Below, piece by piece: positions 49,763 to 56,024 of a DNA stretch of 56,024 bases. Below the pieces are notes generated by a model that worked only from the letters and a program-made list of their open reading frames with translations, ran no database searches and was not told where the DNA came from. The first letter of the stretch is position 1. Each line of letters opens with the position of its first letter. Location: NCBI GenBank assembly GCA_028864875.1, contig JAGWLV010000002.1:1-56024 (forward strand). The letters are read 5' to 3'. Source of the stretch: Patescibacteria group bacterium. Its GTDB lineage: Bacteria > Patescibacteriota > Minisyncoccia > Phycocordibacterales > SBAW01. A program made the position numbers and the translations under genes.

Positions 49763-49772
49763 TATAATGATA
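49763..49772. promoter_or_regulatory. Overlapping divergent -10 boxes for pilM (TATAAT) and comF (TATCAT)
   Basis: On the + strand, TATAAT at 49763..49768 lies 6 nt before GTG 49775. On the - strand, TATCAT (reverse complement of 49767..49772) lies 8 nt before ATG 49758. Confidence 0.5.
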
Positions 49773-49774
49773 CT

Positions 49775-50863
49775 GTGGACCTTTCTTTTTCTAAGCTCTT
49801 CGCCACCGAAAGCAAAAGCGTAATCGGGGTCGACATCGGTTCAAGCACGATAAAGGTCGTGCAACTGCGCCGCGAGAAAGGGCGCGTCGTGCTCGAAACG
49901 TACGGCGCAATCGCGCTCGGCCCCTACGCCGGGGTCGAAATCGGCCGCGCCACCGCACTCGGGGCCGACAAATTGAGCGAGGCGCTCAAAGATGTCATCC
50001 GCGAGGCCAACGTCACCACGGGTGACGCCGCCATTTCTATCCCGTATGCCTCCTCGCTCGTCACCATCATCAAGCTCCCCGCCTCGACTCAAAAGCAGCT
50101 CGCGACCGTGGTGCCGATTGAGGCGCGCAAATACATCCCGGTGCCCATCAACGAGGTGGTGCTCGACTGGTTTGTCATATCCGACAAGCCCAAGGACGAC
50201 AAAATCGACGTGCTCCTCGTCGCCATCCACAACGACACCATCGCCAAGTTTAAATCGATAGCGGCCGATGCGCAGCTCGCCATTTCGTTTTTTGAAATAG
50301 AAGTGTTTTCTGCGGTGCGCGCGGCGCTCGACCACGGGCTCGCCCCCGTTGCGGTGGCCGACATGGGTGCGGGGACGACAAAATTCTACATCGTCGAGCG
50401 CGGACTCATCCGCGAAAGCCACATCATCAATTCGGGCTCCCAAGACTTGACGCTCGCGGCGAGCCGCGCGCTCTCTATTTCGGTGCTGCAGGCCGAGGAA
50501 CGCAAGCGCACGTGGGGTCTCGCGGGCTCCGCCGCGGTGGGCGCGCCGCCTGCGGCGCTCGAGCTCAAACGCAGCCTCGAACTCTCGCTCTCGCCGCTTG
50601 CCTCGGAGCTCGCGCGCACGATTTCGTCTTACGAGCAAAAGCTCAACCAGCCGCTCTCGGCGCTCGTACTCACCGGTGGGGGAGCGTCGCTCAAAGGGCT
50701 TAAAGAATATTTGCAAGGCAAGATACAAAACGACATACGGCTGGCCGACCCGTTCGGCAAAACGTCCGCACCCGCGTTCCTCGAGTCGGTACTCAAAGAC
50801 GCGGGGCCCGAATTCGCCGTTGCGGTGGGCTTGGCCCTGCGCCGCTTGCAGGAATTGGGCTGA
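49775..50863 (+). CDS. pilM: Type IV pilus assembly protein PilM (actin-like ATPase fold)
   Basis: VIGVDIGSSTIKVVQL, ADMGAGTTKFYIV, LTGGGASLKGL. The GTG 49775 start was chosen because the upstream part of the track ORF overlaps comF. Confidence 0.85.
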   Translation: MDLSFSKLFATESKSVIGVDIGSSTIKVVQLRREKGRVVLETYGAIALGPYAGVEIGRATALGADKLSEALKDVIREANVTTGDAAISIPYASSLVTIIKLPASTQKQLATVVPIEARKYIPVPINEVVLDWFVISDKPKDDKIDVLLVAIHNDTIAKFKSIAADAQLAISFFEIEVFSAVRAALDHGLAPVAVADMGAGTTKFYIVERGLIRESHIINSGSQDLTLAASRALSISVLQAEERKRTWGLAGSAAVGAPPAALELKRSLELSLSPLASELARTISSYEQKLNQPLSALVLTGGGASLKGLKEYLQGKIQNDIRLADPFGKTSAPAFLESVLKDAGPEFAVAVGLALRRLQELG

Positions 50864-50999
50864 TTGTGTGTTGAAAAGGCGGGGTTTGACTTAATTCTGC
50901 GTATATAATGGAAAGTGATAGAAGCACTTCGTCTTATATAGTCGTCGAACGCTCGGCAATATAAGTTAAGAACTTCTATTGCGCTCGCTTATCTAAACT

Positions 51000-51596
51000 A
51001 TGGATCCTGTTGCGGCTCCCGGCTCGTTCATACCCAAACAATCGCTCTCCTCGGCCCGCCGCGGCGGCATGGGGTTGCTTACGCTAATCGCCGTAATCTT
51101 TTTTGTGTTTTCGGTTATCGCCGCGGCGGGTGCGTGGGGGTACAAATTCTATGCACAGAGTGATCTCGACAGCAAAAAGGCGCAACTCCAGAAGTACCAG
51201 GATGCCTATAACTTCGGCAGTATCCAGGACCTCGTGCGCTTTGACTCGCGCATAAAAAACAGCAAACAGCTCCTCAACAAACACATTGCGGTCACTGGGG
51301 TGCTGAACTTCCTCGCACTTCAAACGCTTGAAAAGGTGCAGTTTACGAGCTTTACGTTCGACCTCGACCCTGACGGCTCGGCCAAGCTCCAGCTGACCGG
51401 CATTGCGGACTCCTTCTCGACTGTTGCGCTCCAGAGCGACCAGTTCGGCGCGTCCAAAGTGCTGCGCGACGTCGTCTTCTCCAACATCGCGGTCAATACC
51501 AAGAGCCAGGTGTCCTTTGGTGTCGCGGCGACCATCGACCCCTCGCTCCTCCTCTATAGCACCACCATCTCGCAGACCACCACACAAACGCCATGA
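51000..51596 (+). CDS. pilN: PilN-like pilus assembly protein
   Basis: 198 aa with one N-terminal TM helix, then a coiled coil (KKAQLQKYQDAY). The call rests partly on its position after pilM. Confidence 0.55.
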   Translation: MDPVAAPGSFIPKQSLSSARRGGMGLLTLIAVIFFVFSVIAAAGAWGYKFYAQSDLDSKKAQLQKYQDAYNFGSIQDLVRFDSRIKNSKQLLNKHIAVTGVLNFLALQTLEKVQFTSFTFDLDPDGSAKLQLTGIADSFSTVALQSDQFGASKVLRDVVFSNIAVNTKSQVSFGVAATIDPSLLLYSTTISQTTTQTP

Positions 51597-52150
51597 GCAA
51601 ATTCATCCTCCCCATTATGTTGGTCGCCGCGGGCGTAGGACTCTTTATCTTGTGGACATCGCCGCAATATGCAACGGCGCAAGGAATCAAGAATCAGACG
51701 GCCGCGTACGACGACGCGCTCGCGAAGTCCGCCGAGCTCAAGGGCCTGCGCGACCAACTCCTCTCCAAGTACAACACCTTCTCCACCGATGACATCAAAA
51801 AGCTCACGCGCGTCCTGCCGGACAACGTCGACAACATCCGCCTCATCATCGACATCAACAACATCGCTTCCCGCCACAATCTGACGCTCAAGAACGTGCA
51901 GCTCGGCGCTGTGTCCGACTCTTCGCAATCACGCTCTGCAACTGCGGTGGGCTCCTCGGGCGACCCGGTCGGCTCCGTGCAGGTGGGCTTTGCGGTCAAT
52001 GCGAGCTATGACGATATGATTACGTTCGTCACCGACCTCGAGCACAGCCTCCGGCTCATCGACATCCAGAAACTCGACTTCAACGCGCCTTCCGACAACG
52101 GTCCGACAACCGACTACACCTTTACTATCCGCACGTACTGGCTCCACTAA
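51593..52150 (+). CDS. pilO: PilO-like pilus assembly protein
   Basis: 185 aa with an N-terminal TM helix, a coiled coil and an LPDNVDNIRLIIDIN segment. ATGA overlap with pilN. Confidence 0.55.
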   Translation: MSKFILPIMLVAAGVGLFILWTSPQYATAQGIKNQTAAYDDALAKSAELKGLRDQLLSKYNTFSTDDIKKLTRVLPDNVDNIRLIIDINNIASRHNLTLKNVQLGAVSDSSQSRSATAVGSSGDPVGSVQVGFAVNASYDDMITFVTDLEHSLRLIDIQKLDFNAPSDNGPTTDYTFTIRTYWLH

Positions 52151-52151
52151 T

Positions 52152-52481
52152 ATGAATCTCTTTGCCAAATATCGCACCGGCCTCCTCGCAGTAGTACTCG
52201 TCCTGTGCCTCGTCATTGCGTACCTCTTCTACATGGGCGGGCCCTCGACCCCGGCGCTCTCCACCGTCGACACGTCCTCGCCGGTTTCGAGCGACCTGCT
52301 TGCCGTGCTCGGGAGCCTCCACACCATCCAGCTTGACCAGACGATATTCACCAACCCGGTCTTTGTGTCGCTGTCGGACTTCGGGGTGACTATCCCGCCG
52401 GAAAACGTCGGCCGCCGCAACCCCTTCGCCCCCGTCGGCGCCCAAACTCAATCCCAAACTAAGACCCAGCCGGGGCAGTAG
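52152..52481 (+). CDS. Small membrane-anchored protein within the pilus operon
   Basis: 109 aa with one TM helix (LLAVVLVLCLVIAYLF). It occupies the slot between pilO and pilB. Confidence 0.55.
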   Translation: MNLFAKYRTGLLAVVLVLCLVIAYLFYMGGPSTPALSTVDTSSPVSSDLLAVLGSLHTIQLDQTIFTNPVFVSLSDFGVTIPPENVGRRNPFAPVGAQTQSQTKTQPGQ

Positions 52482-52484
52482 GCT

Positions 52485-54335
52485 ATGAACATCCTCTCGC
52501 TCCTCGCGGACAACGGCATCATCGAGCGGGGCAGAGTCCCGGAGCTCGACAGCGAGCTCAAAAAGCCCGGCGCCAAAGAAGAAGACGTGCTCCAGCACTC
52601 GGGCGTAGCACTTAAAGATATCCTCAAGGTTAAAGGGGAGTACTGGGGTGTCCCCGTGCGCGAAGTGGGGGAGAAGCCGGTGCCCTTCGATATTCTGCGC
52701 TACATCCCCGAGGAATCCGCGCGCTACTATCATCTTGTCCCGCTCGGCGTCGCAGACGGTGTGCTCGAAGTGGGCATCACCGACCCGGACAATCTCGAGG
52801 CGCGCGATGCGCTCACGTTCATCTCCGCGAAGTTGGGGATGCCCTACAAGCTCTTTCTTATCACGCAAACCGACTTTGATAAGTTGCTCCAGCAGTACAA
52901 AGGGCTCTCGGGCGAGGTGGGCAAGGCGCTGAATGAGCTTGAAACGGAGATAACGATAGAAAAGGAGAAGGCACCGGTCAAAAAGAGCTCCGGATTTGAA
53001 GAGGTGGAGATAAGCGAGACGGCGAGCGAGGCTATCACCGAGGACGCGCCGGTGACCAAAATTGTGGCGACCGTGCTGCGCCACGCGGCCGAGGGGCGCG
53101 CCTCCGACATCCACATCGAGCCCATGCAGGACCAGACGCGCGTGCGCTTCCGTGTGGACGGCATCCTCATCACCAACATCACGCTCCCGCCTAAAATCCA
53201 CTCCGCGGTGGTCGCGCGTATCAAAGTGCTCTCCAACATGCGGCTCGATGAGAAGCGCAAGCCTCAAGACGGCCGCTTTTCCGCGCGCGTTTCGGGTGTG
53301 AAGGTCGACTTCCGCGTCTCAACCTTTCCCACCTACTACGGCGAGAAGGTGGTGATGCGCATTTTGGGTCAGCAGACCAAGGACTGGAAGCTCGACGGCA
53401 TCGGACTCACCGACCGCAACCTGGATCTCATCCGCGCCGCAATCAAAAAGCCCTACGGACTTATACTTATTTCCGGTCCGACCGGCTCGGGCAAATCGAC
53501 CACGCTCTATACACTCTTAAACGAGGTCGATCGCGACCAACAAAATGTACTCAGCCTCGAAGATCCGGTCGAGTACACCATCCAGGGCGTTTCGCAGTCC
53601 CAAGTGCGCCCCGAAATCGGCTACTCTTTTGCGAACGGCTTGCGCACCACGCTGCGGCAGGACCCAAACATCATCATGGTCGGCGAGATCCGCGACAGTG
53701 AAACAGCCAGCCTCGCCGTACAAGCGGCGCTCACCGGCCACCTCGTGCTCTCTACCATCCACACCAATGACGCCATCGGTATCGTGCCCCGTTTGCTCGA
53801 CATGGGGGTCGAGCCCTACCTCATTCCGCCCGTCTTAGTGCTCGGTGTCGCACAGCGCCTTGTGCGCACGCTGTGCCCCGGCGGGGGGACAAGAATAAAG
53901 GCGGAGGGGAGTCTCAAGCGCATGCTCGAGGACCAGTTCTCCGATCTGCCGCTCACGCACCGCCAAGATATTCCGTCGCTCGGCGAAGTGTACCGTGCGC
54001 AGGTGACGCCCGAGTGTCCGGCGGGGACGCGGGGCCGTGTCGCGTGCTTTGAAGTATTTGAAATGACCCCCGATTTGGAAAAAGGCATTTTGGAGCGCAA
54101 GCCGGAGGACGAATTGTACAGAATCGTGCGCTCGCAAGGCATGCTCACTATGAAGGAGGATGCTATTCTTAAATCGGTGCAAGGATTGGTGCCCTTCGAA
54201 GAGGTCAACACGCTGGGCGGCGAGTTCGAACTTCCTGAAATGGAGGCGGCTGTGCCGCTCCCCGCAGCGGCACCCGTGCACCTTGGCGATGATATCGAGC
54301 CGACCGGCTTGGATACCAAAGAAATTTCAGTATAG
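52485..54335 (+). CDS. pilB: Type IV pilus assembly ATPase PilB (GspE family)
   Basis: 616 aa with GPTGSGKSTTLYT, LEDPVEY, IIMVGEIRD and GHLVLSTIHTN all intact. Confidence 0.93.
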   Translation: MNILSLLADNGIIERGRVPELDSELKKPGAKEEDVLQHSGVALKDILKVKGEYWGVPVREVGEKPVPFDILRYIPEESARYYHLVPLGVADGVLEVGITDPDNLEARDALTFISAKLGMPYKLFLITQTDFDKLLQQYKGLSGEVGKALNELETEITIEKEKAPVKKSSGFEEVEISETASEAITEDAPVTKIVATVLRHAAEGRASDIHIEPMQDQTRVRFRVDGILITNITLPPKIHSAVVARIKVLSNMRLDEKRKPQDGRFSARVSGVKVDFRVSTFPTYYGEKVVMRILGQQTKDWKLDGIGLTDRNLDLIRAAIKKPYGLILISGPTGSGKSTTLYTLLNEVDRDQQNVLSLEDPVEYTIQGVSQSQVRPEIGYSFANGLRTTLRQDPNIIMVGEIRDSETASLAVQAALTGHLVLSTIHTNDAIGIVPRLLDMGVEPYLIPPVLVLGVAQRLVRTLCPGGGTRIKAEGSLKRMLEDQFSDLPLTHRQDIPSLGEVYRAQVTPECPAGTRGRVACFEVFEMTPDLEKGILERKPEDELYRIVRSQGMLTMKEDAILKSVQGLVPFEEVNTLGGEFELPEMEAAVPLPAAAPVHLGDDIEPTGLDTKEISV

Positions 54336-54350
54336 ATGTAAGAAGAAACT

Positions 54351-55412
54351 ATGGATTACCAGAGTACACTGACAAAACTTCTCGACGCGGTGCTCCTAGA
54401 GGGGGCGTCCGACCTCCACTTAAGCGTGGGGATGAACCCTATCGTGCGCGTCTCGGGTGCGCTCACACCGCTTTTGACCGAAGCAAAGCTCACGCCGGAG
54501 GACGTGCAGGGATTTTTGGGCATTTTGCTTGACGGTGAGCGGCGCAAAAAGTTTGCCGAGACGCAGGAGTCCGACTTTTCCTACGCGTACGGCGAAAAGG
54601 CGCGCTTCAGGGGCAATGCGTACTTCGAGCGCGGGCGCACGGCTATTGCGCTGCGGCTCATCCCGCGCACCATCCGCACCATCAAAGAGCTCAACATCCC
54701 GTCCATACTCGAGAACTTTGCCGCGCGCGAGCAGGGGTTCTTCCTCGTCGTGGGGCCGGTAGGGCAGGGCAAGACCACCACGCTCGCCGCACTGATTGAA
54801 AAGATAAACCAGGAGCGCACCGAGCACATCATCACGATCGAAGACCCCATCGAGTACCTGTTTGAAAATAAAAAATCGCTCATCGACCAGCGCGAGGTGC
54901 GCATCGACACCGCGAGCTTCGAGTCGGCGCTCGCGTCGGTGTTCCGCGAGGACGTCGACGTCGTGATGATAGGCGAGATGCGCACGCCAGAGACCATTTC
55001 GACCGCGGTGACCGCGGCCGAAACCGGCCACCTCGTGCTCTCGACACTCCACACCAACAACGCCGCGCAGACGGTCGACCGCATCATCGACTCCTTCCCG
55101 GCGGCTCAGCAAGAGCAGATCCGCATTCAACTTGCGGGCTCCTTGGCCGGCATATTTTCCCAGCGGCTCATCCCGCGCATCGCGGGCGGGCTCATCCCAG
55201 CGTGCGAACTCTTGATCAACAACAACGCGGTCCAAAACCTCATCCGCGAAAAGCGCACCCACGAAATACAAACCATCATCGAAACGGGCTCGCAAGACGG
55301 CATGATAGACATGAACCGCAGCTTGGCAGACCTGGTGCGGGCGGGGGAGATTACGCCCGAGTCGGCCTACTCCCGCTCGCTTAACCCCAAACTCCTCGAG
55401 CGTCTCCTCTAA
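54351..55412 (+). CDS. pilT: Twitching-motility (retraction) ATPase PilT
   Basis: 353 aa; GASDLHL, GPVGQGKTTTLAAL, ITIEDPIEY, VVMIGEMR, GHLVLSTLHTN. Confidence 0.92.
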   Translation: MDYQSTLTKLLDAVLLEGASDLHLSVGMNPIVRVSGALTPLLTEAKLTPEDVQGFLGILLDGERRKKFAETQESDFSYAYGEKARFRGNAYFERGRTAIALRLIPRTIRTIKELNIPSILENFAAREQGFFLVVGPVGQGKTTTLAALIEKINQERTEHIITIEDPIEYLFENKKSLIDQREVRIDTASFESALASVFREDVDVVMIGEMRTPETISTAVTAAETGHLVLSTLHTNNAAQTVDRIIDSFPAAQQEQIRIQLAGSLAGIFSQRLIPRIAGGLIPACELLINNNAVQNLIREKRTHEIQTIIETGSQDGMIDMNRSLADLVRAGEITPESAYSRSLNPKLLERLL

Positions 55413-55419
55413 AAAACCT

Positions 55420-56024
55420 ATGGCGGAATTTAAGTACGAAGCGCTCGACAACCAAGGCAAGCCGCAGGCGGGCACGATTAATGCCGCGACCCAAGACGCG
55501 GCCATATCCGCGCTCCAGCGCCGCGGGCTCACCATCACGGCGTTTAAAGAGACTTCGGAGAAGAGCTTTTTTGATACGCTCAAAACAATAACGCTCTTCA
55601 GCGCCATTTCGAGCCGCGATCTCGTCATCCTCTCGCGCCAAATCGCCACACTCTTTGAGGCGCAGGTCTCGGCCCTGCGCGTATTCCGCCTGCTCGCCGA
55701 GCAGGCGGAAAAGCCCGTCATCCGCGAAATTTTGGCGGCAGTCAGCGACGACCTCCAGGGCGGGAGCTCAATCTCCAAAGCCTTGGCCAAGCACCCAAAG
55801 GCCTTTTCCGACTTCTACGTCAACATGGTGCGCGCCGGCGAGGAGTCGGGCAAGCTCGACCAGACGTTCCTCTTTTTGGCCGACTATGTTGACCGCTCCT
55901 TCGAGCTTGCGAGCAAGGCGCGCAACGCGCTCATCTACCCCTCGTTCATCGTCGTGACCTTTATTGCGGTGATGACGCTCATGCTCACGTTCGTTATCCC
56001 CAAAATAGGCGCCATTTTGGCCGA
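55420..56024 (+). CDS. pilC: Type IV pilus platform protein PilC (GspF family), N-terminal part; runs off window end
   Basis: Hand translation: MAEFKYEALDNQGKPQAGTINAATQDAAISALQRRGLTI...SSRDLVILSRQIATLFEAQVS...FYVNMVRAGEESGKLDQTF. No stop before base 56024. Confidence 0.88.
   Translation, partial: MAEFKYEALDNQGKPQAGTINAATQDAAISALQRRGLTITAFKETSEKSFFDTLKTITLFSAISSRDLVILSRQIATLFEAQVSALRVFRLLAEQAEKPVIREILAAVSDDLQGGSSISKALAKHPKAFSDFYVNMVRAGEESGKLDQTFLFLADYVDRSFELASKARNALIYPSFIVVTFIAVMTLMLTFVIPKIGAILA

Noticed and set aside
1-56024. A search for CRISPR arrays, rRNA genes, transposases or integrases, IS inverted repeats, and long direct repeats flanking the AT-richer genes.
   Set aside because: None was recognised by eye. 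The only repeated elements found are the terminator hairpin family and the promoter/leader module. A computational repeat search would be needed to exclude short att-like repeats.

Overview
High-GC bacterial segment. Gene content suggests a small-genome Patescibacteria/CPR-like organism, but that placement is inference only. Supporting traits are compact operons, no L30 gene between rpsE and rplO, extended S10/S5/S19, a type IV pilus plus ComEC/ComF DNA-uptake set, and many tiny membrane proteins. Most of the window is housekeeping: ppa, nusA, tpiA-pgk, HIT, recJ-rnhA-comEC, sod, rpmB, and the str operon (rpsL-rpsG-fusA-tuf). It also holds a fragmented S10-spc-secY-adk-map-ndk cluster, a beta-CASP nuclease, rplT-rpmI-infC, smpB plus tmRNA, ftsH, recG, and an ECF sigma/anti-sigma pair. 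Two tRNAs are present: Ile with anticodon UAU and Ser-GCU. The window ends with comF and pilM-N-O-x-B-T-C. No CRISPR array, rRNA, transposase or integrase was seen. The main second-look items are these. (1) A stereotyped promoter plus 5' leader beginning GGCTGAA recurs in front of 14 small accessory genes, while housekeeping genes are mostly leaderless. (2) Two antisense insertions interrupt the ribosomal-protein cluster: one AT-richer gene between rplB and rpsS, and an overlapping two-gene cassette between rplE and rpsN. (3) A PilB/GspE paralogue has every ATPase motif degraded but keeps an MshEN-like N-terminus. (4) Two candidate structured RNAs each have their own promoter and terminator, one in the rpsJ-rplC spacer and one at about 32.6 kb. 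(5) Three promoter-smORF-terminator minigenes sit in tandem. (6) An orphan 298-aa gene follows a beta-CASP/SLOG pair. All functional calls rest on reading the translations and motifs by eye; no searches were run.
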